From positions 34,780 to 98,779 of the forward strand of contig JAHLVW010000074.1 of the NCBI GenBank assembly GCA_019058275.1: a stretch of 64,000 nt of DNA, read 5' to 3'. Shown here in pieces: positions 19,354 through 29,659 of the stretch (its first letter is position 1; every line of letters starts with the position of its first letter). This DNA is from Candidatus Heimdallarchaeota archaeon. GTDB lineage: Archaea > Asgardarchaeota > Heimdallarchaeia > JABLTI01. The position numbers and the translations under genes are program-made. The notes under the pieces are model-generated. The model searched no databases and was not told the DNA's origin. It worked only from the letters and a program-made list of their open reading frames with translations.

Positions 19354-19431
19354 GCCCCGATAGTGTAGTTCGGTCAATCATCACGGCCTCTCGAGTCGTG
19401 GACTCGGGTTCAAATCCCGGTCGGGGCACCA
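19354..19431 (+). tRNA. tRNA-Glu (anticodon CTC), CCA encoded
   Basis: Acceptor stem GCCCCGA/TCGGGGC, anticodon arm ACGGC-CTCTCGA-GTCGT, T arm TCGGG-TTCAAAT-CCCGG, ends ACCA. Confidence 0.95.
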
Positions 19432-19485
19432 GTTTTTTTCAAAAGGGGTGTTTTTATTCTAAAATTCTTTAATATTGATGAGGAA

Positions 19486-19686
19486 ATGTACATGAAAAAG
19501 AAACGAGTTTCCTTGAGAAGATTAAAGAAGGACCAACGTGCATCACCATTAATAGAAGAAGGTATATTGATTGGCTTAGCATTATTTGCTTTTGTACTTC
19601 TAATGGCAATAGTCTCTGATATTCTAGGTTTTACTCAAGACATATTTCAAGACGTATCAGAGAAATTGAGAGGGTTAAATCCTTAG
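19486..19686 (+). CDS. Flp/type IV pilin-like protein (class III signal peptide)
   Basis: Basic leader ...KKDQRA|SPLIEE with Glu at +5, then a hydrophobic helix. Lies upstream of the tad-like genes. Confidence 0.7.
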   Translation: MYMKKKRVSLRRLKKDQRASPLIEEGILIGLALFAFVLLMAIVSDILGFTQDIFQDVSEKLRGLNP

Positions 19687-19748
19687 GTTGTTTTAAGCAA
19701 ATTTCTGACCTTTAAGAAAATTATTATTCTTTATTATGTAATTATATT

Positions 19749-19820
19749 TGTTGGGCATGATGGGAAGGCATTTGGAAGAGCAACCCTTGCTATGACCTAT
19801 TTGTTAAAACTGACCCAACA
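19749..19820 (+). ncRNA. Box C/D guide sRNA
   Basis: 7-bp terminal stem TGTTGGG/CCCAACA, box C ATGATG, box D CTGA, internal AAGA-GCAA-ccc-TTGC-TAT-GA K-turn. Guide AAGGCATTTGG is complementary to the conserved LSU rRNA sequence CCAAAUGCCU. Confidence 0.75.
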
Positions 19821-19995
19821 TTTCTTTGATTTTTTTCTAATACTTTCGGTAATCTTCCCCACATATGGGTATTGAATTGTAAGATTAAATTAGTATATAA
19901 CAGATTTAAAAGTCGATTATGTAACATTAAACCCATATTTCTTCTTAAGAAGCTAAAAGATATAATTTTGAGGTGATTAAATTGGTGTTCTTAAA

Positions 19996-21054
19996 TTGGA
20001 AAAAGAAAATGGATTATGTAAATACTGCAATGGTGTTTTAACTCAAACAAGAGGCGAACTTGTTTGTACAAACTGTGGGATTGTTAACAATTCAATTTAC
20101 ATTTCAGAAAACAGTAGTAACCAGATTCCTTGGGATCATGAAATGTCACCAGGAAAAAGAGTACATATTGTTGATGGTTTAGGTAGCTATATTGGATATC
20201 ATAACGATGGTTATTTCCATGATGGAAAAGGAACCACTTTATCTTCAAAAAATCAGTATAAATTTAGAAAACTGAAACATAAATATAATCTTCGGATAAA
20301 AATTGGAAATCATGAGACTGATTATAGATCATTAATGAGTCTAAATCGAGTATCAGGCTTTTTGGGAATTTCTGATAGTGTAAAGAAAAGAGCTGCATAC
20401 TTGTACAAAATAGTCACTACAGCTGAAACTAATAATAAAATAGCAAAGATTTCCAATCACATTGTTTTAGTTGCATTATGTTTAATGGTTGCAATAAGGG
20501 AATCCGCATCAAATGCTCCGATAAGACTTAGTGAAATTGTAAGTATTTTCAAGGATTTAGGTCATCGAGTAAGTGGTAAATCAATTGTTAAACTTGCACA
20601 GACACTCCCAAATGATTTAGGGTTTTCACTAAAAATACGTAAAAGTGAAGATTATTTACAGAGAATCATTTCATCAATAATAGAGGTCCCTGAAGTAGCT
20701 GATCGATTAAAACAATTGAGGTTCTCAAAAAAGGAGTATGAAAACAAGTTGTTGCGATTCTCTCGAGAGATTCTTAGTGAAACTAATCTTAGGTCACGTG
20801 GTGGAAGAAATCCATATATTTTTGCAGTTTCAGTCGTTTACTGTGCTGACAGAATTATTGGGAAAGTAAGAAACCATAGACAAATTCTTACACAAAAAAC
20901 ACTTGCTGATATATGTGAAGTTGCAGAATATTCTATTAGAGATCATCATAGGACAGTTTTGAAAGAAAAAATGAACGATAAGCTGAAAGATCTTGTTCCT
21001 CATAAAAATATTGAGCTAGATGAAAATGATTCCAAATTTCCTATGTTTTTTTAG
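19996..21054 (+). CDS. Divergent TFB/TFIIB paralogue
   Basis: CKYC/CTNC Zn ribbon, cyclin folds (KKRAAYLYK; GGRNPYIFAVSVVY), LTQKTLADICEVAEYSIR HTH. Confidence 0.85.
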   Translation: MEKENGLCKYCNGVLTQTRGELVCTNCGIVNNSIYISENSSNQIPWDHEMSPGKRVHIVDGLGSYIGYHNDGYFHDGKGTTLSSKNQYKFRKLKHKYNLRIKIGNHETDYRSLMSLNRVSGFLGISDSVKKRAAYLYKIVTTAETNNKIAKISNHIVLVALCLMVAIRESASNAPIRLSEIVSIFKDLGHRVSGKSIVKLAQTLPNDLGFSLKIRKSEDYLQRIISSIIEVPEVADRLKQLRFSKKEYENKLLRFSREILSETNLRSRGGRNPYIFAVSVVYCADRIIGKVRNHRQILTQKTLADICEVAEYSIRDHHRTVLKEKMNDKLKDLVPHKNIELDENDSKFPMFF

Positions 21055-21085
21055 TTTAATACATAATATCTAAGGAGGAATATCC

Positions 21086-22579
21086 ATGACTCTACAAGAA
21101 AAATATCTAGTTCCTCCTTACTACATTAAAATTTTTAAGGATACGAAAGATAGACAAATATATTCAGCTGAAGTAGCTTTCGATTCATCAAAATATCATA
21201 CATTAACAAATACGATTGAAAAGCAAATTATTAATGAAAAGGGATTTTTAGATATAGAATTGCTAAAATTTCAATCTTTGTTAAATTCTCTAAATGGTTC
21301 TGTTGAAGAAAAACTAAAGGATTTTATATCTGTGAAAAACAAATCTCTTAATTTCATTCGTGACTGGATAATCTATAAGATTATAGGACTAAATCAATTA
21401 ATGCCATTATTAATTGATGATAGAGTGCAAGAAATTTATCTAGATAAACCTAATACACCATTATATTTAGATCATCAAGATTTTGGTAGATGTGTTACAA
21501 AGATTATTTTATCTGAAAGAGAGCTTGAGCAATTTAAAACCCGATTATGTCTCGAGAGGAATGCGGTTATTAATTATCTTAACCCATCTCTCAAAGTGGA
21601 ATTAAAAACTCAGAAGTTCCATGTTCGTGCTGCTATAGACATTCCACCATTAGCAGTTGATGGAATGAGTATGAATGTTCGAAAACTTCGTAAGAAGATC
21701 TGGACTTTACCTGAACTTGTAGCTAAAAATATGTTATCTATAGAATCAGCTGCTTATCTACTTTTTATATTGAGAAGAAGAAATAATATTACAGTAATTG
21801 GCGAACCTGGTTCAGGTAAAACAACTCTTGCAAATGCTATTGACTTCTTAACCCCAACAGAATGGCGAAAAATAACTGTTGAGGATGTTATCGAAAGCAT
21901 CGAACAAACACAATATAATAAATTTCAAACTCGTTATTCAGTTTCAACATTTGAATCTCAAAACAATAGTAATTCAAAAAGCCAAGAAATCATTAAGCTT
22001 CTTCACAGATCACCAACGTGGGTATTTCTTGGAGAAATTCAAACTGCTGAGCACAGTAAAGCTTTATTTGAAGCATTAAGTGCAGGATTGGTTGGTATAC
22101 AAACATGTCATGGACGTTCAGCTGAATTAATGATTTTAAGATGGTTAAATCAACATGGTATTCCATTATCAAGCATTCTATCTTTAGATGTTTTAATTGA
22201 GAATTCTTACACATTTAGCAATTGGAGAATTACAAGAAATGTATTTAGAATTATTGAAGTATCGAAAACCCCTCTAATTAATCATCAAATTATAGATTCG
22301 TTTAATGATTTGCAACTCGTTGAAATCTTTAGATTTAATATTAAGAAATCATGTTTAGAAAAAAAAGTTGATTTATTCGAAACTCCAATGCTTAAGTTGA
22401 TAAGACAAAAAGAAAAAATTAGTAAGATTGCTTTTGAGAATGAGATGAACTTACTGATGAAGAAATTAAATTATCTTATACTCAACAAGATGTTTGAACC
22501 AATAAATGTCTTAAACTATCTAAATCTGCAAAGTAATTTAGGTATCTCCAGTAAAACAAAAATTACAAAAACAAGTTGA
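21086..22579 (+). CDS. TadA/CpaF/VirB11-family secretion ATPase
   Basis: PLLIDDRVQEI, GEPGSGKTT, TVED Asp box, FLGEIQ, TCHG His box. Confidence 0.88.
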   Translation: MTLQEKYLVPPYYIKIFKDTKDRQIYSAEVAFDSSKYHTLTNTIEKQIINEKGFLDIELLKFQSLLNSLNGSVEEKLKDFISVKNKSLNFIRDWIIYKIIGLNQLMPLLIDDRVQEIYLDKPNTPLYLDHQDFGRCVTKIILSERELEQFKTRLCLERNAVINYLNPSLKVELKTQKFHVRAAIDIPPLAVDGMSMNVRKLRKKIWTLPELVAKNMLSIESAAYLLFILRRRNNITVIGEPGSGKTTLANAIDFLTPTEWRKITVEDVIESIEQTQYNKFQTRYSVSTFESQNNSNSKSQEIIKLLHRSPTWVFLGEIQTAEHSKALFEALSAGLVGIQTCHGRSAELMILRWLNQHGIPLSSILSLDVLIENSYTFSNWRITRNVFRIIEVSKTPLINHQIIDSFNDLQLVEIFRFNIKKSCLEKKVDLFETPMLKLIRQKEKISKIAFENEMNLLMKKLNYLILNKMFEPINVLNYLNLQSNLGISSKTKITKTS

Positions 22580-22655
22580 ATTTGCTTATAAAAATATAGT
22601 TGTTTAAATTTCTAAATTCTTTATTACTCTATATAATCATTCTTTTAGGTAAACT

Positions 22656-23483
22656 GTGAGAAAAATGATAGAGAAAATCCTTACTAAATTGGCTAGGTCA
22701 CAATTTTGTAGAAGGATAAATTTTGATAAACTTCTTACTGATATTCCTAATAGCTTTTTTATTGATAATTATAATGTAAAAAGAAAAGAGTTTAATGGTG
22801 CTATATTAATTTCATCTTGTTTATTTGCAATGATAATTGCAAGTTTAGTGACTATATATGATGTTATTTTTGGTTTCTTGGTTTTAATCATAATTTGCTT
22901 GACATCAATTCTTTTCATGGTAAGAAGAATAAGAAAATTATATCTAAAAGAAATACTTGAAGTCGAACAATATTCTGACCTAATTTGTAGAGAGATAATG
23001 CTTATACTTAGTACTACAAACTCATTACCTATGGTCATTGAATTTCTCTCTAAGGGATCATATCCAATAATTTCACCTATGATGGATCAACTGATCAAAA
23101 AAATGAATATGGGATCATCACCAGTAAATTTATTAGAAGATTTTGCAAAAAATCAACCCTCTGAAACTATAAAGGAATTTATCTTTGAAATAGTAATTCC
23201 TTATGCAAAGGGACAACTTAAACAAGGTAACACAATAAATTATGAAGCTCAATGGAGGATCAGAAATAATTTTGATTCTTATGTTAACCAGTTAGAGGGT
23301 AAAATTAGCATTTTCCTAGCAATTACGACAATTATACCAGTAACAATTTCAATGTTGTTGGTAATGCTTGGTTATATAAATATAAATCTAATAATTTTTC
23401 TCCCATTAGTATTCTTTGTTTTTGACTTAATCGCGATAGAAATTTTTAATAGTGGAAAAGTTGAATTGCTTGGAGGGCTTTAA
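22656..23483 (+). CDS. TadB/TadC (GspF-like) pilus platform membrane protein
   Basis: TM pair, cytoplasmic GspF-like domain, TM pair. Follows the ATPase. Confidence 0.7.
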   Translation: MRKMIEKILTKLARSQFCRRINFDKLLTDIPNSFFIDNYNVKRKEFNGAILISSCLFAMIIASLVTIYDVIFGFLVLIIICLTSILFMVRRIRKLYLKEILEVEQYSDLICREIMLILSTTNSLPMVIEFLSKGSYPIISPMMDQLIKKMNMGSSPVNLLEDFAKNQPSETIKEFIFEIVIPYAKGQLKQGNTINYEAQWRIRNNFDSYVNQLEGKISIFLAITTIIPVTISMLLVMLGYININLIIFLPLVFFVFDLIAIEIFNSGKVELLGGL

Positions 23484-23486
23484 AAT

Positions 23487-24131
23487 ATGATTTTATCTAA
23501 TGATGATGTGATATTATTATTGAAAAGTTTAGGTAATAATTTATTATTGGGTAGAAATGTAGAAAATAGCATCTATATTTCATTAAAAAATTTACAAAAC
23601 AAGGATTTCCATAAAGATAAAATTATAAAATTAATGAATTTAGGAACTGGGTACAAGGAAATTTTCAGAGAGCTTGCACTACTTACGAAAGATGATTCCA
23701 TTTCGCGAGTATGGACACTATTATCTAAAACCTCAATAATCAGCTCTCATGAAACTGGTGAAAAAATCATAGAAATAGCTGAAAATCTGGAAATTAATAA
23801 AAAGCTTACTGAAAAAAGAGATACTTTGATTAAATCTCAAAGATATAAAATTTTATTTCTAGGATCAGCGACATCAATTTTCCTTGGAATAATTGCAGGA
23901 TTAGCACCTTTATTTGCTACATTCATTTCCATATTTAGAAATATGGAGATTTCTCAAACAGCTCTAAATATTGTACCTTTTTCTCTATACATCATCTCAG
24001 CATTTTCTATTTATTTTCTTTCAGATATTGGATATGGAAAGTTTAATTACAAAACATTTCTTTTTTCAACAATTGTTTATGTTTTATCATATTTTATTGC
24101 TAAAGGTATCTTGATTTTACTATTAAAATAA
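23487..24131 (+). CDS. TadC-like pilus platform membrane protein
   Basis: GspF-like domain plus three C-terminal TMs. Co-oriented, 3-bp gap. Confidence 0.65.
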   Translation: MILSNDDVILLLKSLGNNLLLGRNVENSIYISLKNLQNKDFHKDKIIKLMNLGTGYKEIFRELALLTKDDSISRVWTLLSKTSIISSHETGEKIIEIAENLEINKKLTEKRDTLIKSQRYKILFLGSATSIFLGIIAGLAPLFATFISIFRNMEISQTALNIVPFSLYIISAFSIYFLSDIGYGKFNYKTFLFSTIVYVLSYFIAKGILILLLK

Positions 24132-24143
24132 AATCAAGAAATG

Positions 24144-24872
24144 TTATATGTACAAACTTTTAGTTCCTCGTTCTTTTTCATCTACATCTTGTTCTTTTGT
24201 TTGTGTAATCATATCTTGTATATTATGCTCAATTAGCTCAGCATCTTGTATAAGTTTGTTAACATTTACGTCTATATTCGCAAGCTTGTTTATTGCTTTA
24301 ATTGCAATTGATGCTGCAAGTGGATCTGCCCTCGAGCTTTCAGCATACGGCAATAAAGCTATAGCAGGATAATCATATACTTCATACAATGCCAAAATAA
24401 TAGCAATAGGTCCGGTAACAAAAAGCCCATCTTCAAGAATTGGCAAAGAAATCTTATTTTTCTCTAAATATGCTGATGTAGCAACAGCACGTATTTTATC
24501 ATCTTCATTTTTCTTCAATCGAGCATCTAATCCACCAATTAGTATGGTTTGTTGGAATTTCGAATTAATTGTCCATTCAACAATTTTATCAGCAAAAGCT
24601 TTATGTTCATGTCTATATGGTTGAAAATGTGGAACTAGTATAATATTATCCTTTTCTCGAAAAAGCTCAAATGGAAGTGAAAGCTTACCATCTTTCGTTG
24701 TTACAAATGGTGGAAGAAAGTCACTTAATATTGTACCAATTTTAACTGCATTTAATTCATTTGTTATATATTTAGCTGCAATAAAACCAGTAGTTCCTAT
24801 TCCATGAAATCCTGTTATTAGAGTATTATCTTTGAAATTTTTATTACCAGATATTTGCAATGTTATAGTCAT
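24144..24872 (-). CDS. PAC2-family proteasome assembly chaperone
   Basis: LITGFHGIGTTGFIAAKY, ILIGGLD, GPIA, RADPLAA, C-terminal LYI. Start moved to ATG 24872. Confidence 0.85.
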   Translation of the reverse strand: MTITLQISGNKNFKDNTLITGFHGIGTTGFIAAKYITNELNAVKIGTILSDFLPPFVTTKDGKLSLPFELFREKDNIILVPHFQPYRHEHKAFADKIVEWTINSKFQQTILIGGLDARLKKNEDDKIRAVATSAYLEKNKISLPILEDGLFVTGPIAIILALYEVYDYPAIALLPYAESSRADPLAASIAIKAINKLANIDVNVNKLIQDAELIEHNIQDMITQTKEQDVDEKERGTKSLYI

Positions 24873-25076
24873 TTTATTCACTAATACTTTTTTCACTATG
24901 TAGTATTTAAAAAGTGATATTATGTAGAAGTATTTCAATATTGTAAGTTAGGATTTTTGAGTTTTGATCAACTATACACTAAATTAGCTGGTGTTTTTAT
25001 ATCTATTTTTTAATTAATTTATGAAATCGCAGTTTAATTTCATTGTAAATTATTTCTTGAATTGAGTTGAAGCCTA

Positions 25077-27950
25077 ATGAAACAAACTAGTAATTTAGCT
25101 ATAATACTTATTTCGTTTTTGTTATTTAGTATAGTGTTTCCATTATATACCGATTCAGAGGAAATTAATGATCTTATAAAACCAAGAGATAGCTCATTTT
25201 CAATTCAAAATTCATTATTAGACTTAAAAGATTCTTTAAATCAGGGAGAAATTTACAATGAAAATTCTTGGAATGCAGTTGAAAATAGCACAATTGAACG
25301 TTCATTTCACAATAACAATTCAATTAATGAAACCTCTAATTTAGTATCTATAGATAATTGTGATGATTGGTCATTAGATAGTAATTTTAATTTTACAAAT
25401 ATAAGAGAGGAAAAAATTACTAATGGGGATGCTGAAACAACTGAAACATTATGGACAGATTATATACCCTCTCATTATGATGGTAATGTTACAAGAGAGA
25501 GCAATCCTCCGAGTGGTGAAGTAATAAATGGCAATAATTCCTGGTATTTTGACATAATTTCTGATGATCATACAACGATAGTTGGATTTGATGATCCAAT
25601 AAACGTTTCAAGCAATTCTGTGGTATTTAGTTTCTCTTATTCTTTATTAAGAAATAATCTAGACACAAGTTATGATTCTAATATATGCATTCGTTTATTT
25701 TTCCAATTTGATATTTACATTTTCATTTGGTTTGATGGTAATCTAGGTGTATTATCAAATGTTACAGGACCGGGTGGATATGCTGATCTATTAGTGAACG
25801 AAGCCACATTTGATGGTGCGATTCATGAATATATGTTGAATGTAACTGCATTGGGATTAGAGCTATTTAATCAAGAACCAGATCAATTAAGAAGTTTAGC
25901 AATTCAAACATGGGGTGAAATTCAATTTGATATGGAATTTATAATGGATGATATATCATTAACAGATCAAGTTTCCCCCTTAAGTGTTGGAATGCAAATT
26001 AATTCCATTCCAGTTATTGGTACAGAGGGATTTGGTTTTATTCAACTATCAGATAATCCAGCACCTCAAGTAGATTATTTGATTCAATTTACAACACAAG
26101 ATACAATACTATGGGATTGTAGTTATACAATAATAGGTTCTGGAAAAAGTAATAGTCAAAGATTACTAGGATTTAGAACTTGGGATGAAGTACTGTGGAG
26201 GGAGACCATAAATGACACAATTCTATTACCGTTAGGTTTGAATAATATAACAATTACAAAGTGGATTCCAACTGATTGGATTATCGATCAAGTCTTGGTA
26301 AATGAATTAAGTCAAAGTTATTCCATTTCTGAAACAAATTCCACTCACAAAAACGTACAATTCTATAGTTCATCAATAAGTGAGATTGAGTATCGCTTGA
26401 TATCTACAAATCTAATGGATAATATTATACTTTCAGATTATCAGATAACACATGATGATAGTTTTAGCATTTATGTTGAATCAAGAATATATAGCGAATT
26501 GATTGATTTATACATTTTATCGCCCCAAGAAGATATAGTATTTTTCACATCAAATATTTCAGAAAGCAACGGTAATATTGTCTATTCAGACATTAAATTG
26601 AGTAGTGATTTATCAAGAGGTAATTATACAATCATAGCAATTTGGGAATCATCAGACGAAGCAGGCATTAGTACGATAGAAATTGAACTAACTTCAATTT
26701 CTACAAATACAATGCCAACAGAAAGCAATATTACAATTAATTACCAACAAAATTTCATCATAGAAATTGATTACATAAATTTAGAGGATAATAGTTCAAT
26801 TGATCAAGCACAAGTTTCATATTCTTGGGATTTGGGATCAGGGATTTTACTCCAGAAACCTAATAAAAAATATTCTACTGAAATAATAGACTGTGATGCA
26901 GATCCCAATGTTTATACACTAAATATTATTTGCAGTAAAAATGGTTACGCAACATCAATGCTCGAGATTAATATTACAGTTGTATTCAGAGATTTTGCTT
27001 TATTAATTATAAGTCCTGAAATTGTAATTCCAGGAGAAGTGGTTACAATAAATGCTTTTGTTGAAGATAATTTATCATCTCCAGTGCCAAATTTAGAAGT
27101 ACAAGTTGAAATAAATGATGAATTATATATAAAAACTTGGACAAATGACTCAGGTTATGCTTTAGCAGTATATTACATTTCACCAATTTATTCCTTTAGT
27201 ACATTAAATATTAGTTGTTCAATTATTTTTGATGATATCGAGTATTTGAGTTCCGAAAAAAATATTTCAATAAACTTATTTGAAGCACCAAGAGCAGTTA
27301 ATTTAGGTTCACCAAATCATCTAACATCAATTAGAGATAATGAATCAGTTTATTTTAGCTTTCAAATAAACTATCCATCAATTGGTAAGAGTTGGTATAT
27401 TGATATTCCTGTTGGTTTTAAGCCAATTTCTGCACTCGTAGTTTCAAATGAAAATAATATTAGTGCAACAATTTCCCCCTTTGGAGTAATTACTTGGACA
27501 AAAGAAATTATTAATTCTTCTATAGACTATGATATACTCTTAATTGAAATAGAGAAACCTCACCCTGTATATAGTTTTAAACCCCTTAATTCTGAATTAA
27601 TAATAGAAATAACAATAGACGTAAATCAAGTTCCTTATAATGGCTTAGAAATAGTAATTCATCGCGATTCAGATTGGTCAATTTATGATAATTGGAATTT
27701 GTATTTAAACAATGCAATAGTAACCGAAGAATGTAATCTAGTAATCGAAGATGAGCTCTTTACTTTCAAAGTTTATTCAACTAGTGAAATTGATTCTATA
27801 ACCTATCAACTGAAAGGTACAAATCAAGGTATTGTTCGAATTGAGCCATCAACCATTATATTGGGTATAGGAATTGCTATTTTAACAGTTACATCAACTA
27901 TACTGTTATTTAAGAAAAAATCTGATGTTTCACTTGATGTCCAATTATAA
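25077..27950 (+). CDS. Large secreted, C-terminally anchored surface protein with Ig-like repeats
   Basis: Signal peptide, acidic and N-glycosylation-site-rich beta repeats, C-terminal TM followed by KKK. Confidence 0.7.
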   Translation: MKQTSNLAIILISFLLFSIVFPLYTDSEEINDLIKPRDSSFSIQNSLLDLKDSLNQGEIYNENSWNAVENSTIERSFHNNNSINETSNLVSIDNCDDWSLDSNFNFTNIREEKITNGDAETTETLWTDYIPSHYDGNVTRESNPPSGEVINGNNSWYFDIISDDHTTIVGFDDPINVSSNSVVFSFSYSLLRNNLDTSYDSNICIRLFFQFDIYIFIWFDGNLGVLSNVTGPGGYADLLVNEATFDGAIHEYMLNVTALGLELFNQEPDQLRSLAIQTWGEIQFDMEFIMDDISLTDQVSPLSVGMQINSIPVIGTEGFGFIQLSDNPAPQVDYLIQFTTQDTILWDCSYTIIGSGKSNSQRLLGFRTWDEVLWRETINDTILLPLGLNNITITKWIPTDWIIDQVLVNELSQSYSISETNSTHKNVQFYSSSISEIEYRLISTNLMDNIILSDYQITHDDSFSIYVESRIYSELIDLYILSPQEDIVFFTSNISESNGNIVYSDIKLSSDLSRGNYTIIAIWESSDEAGISTIEIELTSISTNTMPTESNITINYQQNFIIEIDYINLEDNSSIDQAQVSYSWDLGSGILLQKPNKKYSTEIIDCDADPNVYTLNIICSKNGYATSMLEINITVVFRDFALLIISPEIVIPGEVVTINAFVEDNLSSPVPNLEVQVEINDELYIKTWTNDSGYALAVYYISPIYSFSTLNISCSIIFDDIEYLSSEKNISINLFEAPRAVNLGSPNHLTSIRDNESVYFSFQINYPSIGKSWYIDIPVGFKPISALVVSNENNISATISPFGVITWTKEIINSSIDYDILLIEIEKPHPVYSFKPLNSELIIEITIDVNQVPYNGLEIVIHRDSDWSIYDNWNLYLNNAIVTEECNLVIEDELFTFKVYSTSEIDSITYQLKGTNQGIVRIEPSTIILGIGIAILTVTSTILLFKKKSDVSLDVQL

Positions 27951-27962
27951 TTTCAAAAATTG

Positions 27963-28316
27963 CTATTCCCATATTTCGAAAAGCTTTTTCAAAGATTTTG
28001 CTTTCAAATTTTCTATTCGAAATCTGAAGATTTTTATTCTTCCGAATCTTTTCTCTTGAACAAGACCAACTTTAGTTAAGAATTCTAAATGCTGTGTCGT
28101 TGTACTGTGATTTAAATTAGCAAATCTAGCAATAGCTGAAATATTGAGTTCTTCCATTTCAGCTAGTGTTTTTAAAATTAGTACTCTTCCTTTTGATGAT
28201 AATACATCTTCAATGCCAAAATCTATGAATTCTATATCATTTTCTTGGAATTTTGATTCATTATCTTCCAAAGAACTATTTTTTTCACTTATTTTACTCG
28301 TTGGGGGTCTATACAT
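27963..28316 (-). CDS. ArsR-like winged-helix regulator downstream of cdc6
   Basis: SSKGRVLILK.L....ELNISAIAR...LNHSTT..HL..L...GLV.EK.FGR. Confidence 0.8.
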   Translation of the reverse strand: MYRPPTSKISEKNSSLEDNESKFQENDIEFIDFGIEDVLSSKGRVLILKTLAEMEELNISAIARFANLNHSTTTQHLEFLTKVGLVQEKRFGRIKIFRFRIENLKAKSLKKLFEIWE

Positions 28317-28354
28317 ATAACTAATTTTCCTCTCCTTTAATCAACAGTTCAGAA

Positions 28355-29554
28355 TTAATCGATATGTTTTTCAAGTTGCTCTCTAATTGCTTTTTCAATT
28401 TTTTCAGCAGAAACATCTGGTAATCCAATTAACGTTGTTTGCCCTCTTTGCCCCTTACTACTAGGTTTAGTTGTAATTACATCACAATTTTGTAAATATT
28501 GAATATATTCCCAAACTTGCGTATGACTTCTGGTCGGTAAATTGAATTCTTCACATAATCCTTTGTATATTTCCTCTGCCTCTCCTATAGTTGCATATGC
28601 TTTTTGGGTTGTTCTTAGTTTAATAGCTATTGCCAATAGAACTAATTTCTGTTGTGATGTTAAATCCTTTACAATTTCTTGTCTAATTACTGGATGTATT
28701 GATGCATTAGCATAACGCACATGTTCTGGTAGTACTTTTAAGGACTGTCTGTGATCAGCGTGTATACCAGCACGTTCTAATAATTCAATTGCGTATCTTG
28801 CATCACCATTTTTTGATACAATATCAGCTATTAAATCAATTGCTTCCTGTGAAACAGTATCCTCGAAGAATGCCTCCTTAACTCTATCTGCTACAATATC
28901 TCTAAGCTGATCTTCAGTATATGGTTCTAATAAGATTGTATTTTGTCTTAATGTACTTAATGTGCTCTCATCAAGCATAGTTCTAAATGCGATATCCCTT
29001 ACAATTGTAATCATTGATACTCTTTCTTTCATATCAATTTCATCATCTGTTAATCTCGTAAGATCATACAGAAGGTCTGGACCATCTTTTCTAATGACAA
29101 AATCAATTTCATCCAAAGTAACAATTAGGAATAATCTTTTTCGGTTTAAGATCTCAGTTAACATATTCAGAATTTCTTCTGGGGAAAATCCTCTTACAGG
29201 TATATGAGGATTAAATTTTCGAACAATTTCAAGAAGGGTCAGAAATGCAGATCTAGCCCTACGGCAATTTACATGAACGTATTCCAAGTTTAGGTTTTTT
29301 TGTGTTGAATAAACTTTTATCATTTCACCAAATTTCAAAGCCATTGCTGTTTTTCCAGTACCTATTGCTCCTATTATCGATACCCTTTGTGAATATTCGC
29401 CAGGTTGTTCTATAACAGGCTTAAAGTATTGAATTAGCATTTTCTGCTCTTCTTCTCTATGTAAGAGCTTCTTTGGAATATATTTAAGATCCAATACTCT
29501 AGAATTTTTAATTAACGATGGTTTTCTGAGTTCTTTTTCCAATAATTCATCCAT
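28355..29554 (-). CDS. cdc6: Orc1/Cdc6 replication initiator
   Basis: YIPKKLLHRE, GAIGTGKT, VHVNC, LDEID, GDARYAIELL, C-terminal winged helix (GQRGQTT). Confidence 0.95.
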   Translation of the reverse strand: MDELLEKELRKPSLIKNSRVLDLKYIPKKLLHREEEQKMLIQYFKPVIEQPGEYSQRVSIIGAIGTGKTAMALKFGEMIKVYSTQKNLNLEYVHVNCRRARSAFLTLLEIVRKFNPHIPVRGFSPEEILNMLTEILNRKRLFLIVTLDEIDFVIRKDGPDLLYDLTRLTDDEIDMKERVSMITIVRDIAFRTMLDESTLSTLRQNTILLEPYTEDQLRDIVADRVKEAFFEDTVSQEAIDLIADIVSKNGDARYAIELLERAGIHADHRQSLKVLPEHVRYANASIHPVIRQEIVKDLTSQQKLVLLAIAIKLRTTQKAYATIGEAEEIYKGLCEEFNLPTRSHTQVWEYIQYLQNCDVITTKPSSKGQRGQTTLIGLPDVSAEKIEKAIREQLEKHID

Positions 29555-29659
29555 TGCTTTTGCCCTTACCTAAAAAACTCAATTTACATTCAATGAACGT
29601 ATAAATTTTATTATTAAAAAATCCTCTCAAAGGGGGAGTTAACCTAAAGTATTCTTTAA

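Noticed and set aside
19354-24131. Integrated element at tRNA-Glu
   Set aside because: No integrase, and no duplicated tRNA 3' end (att site) seen in the window.
29615-29640. G-string upstream of cdc6 as an ORB or origin
   Set aside because: Lacks the TCCA...GAAA core, and the intergenic gap is only about 100 bp.
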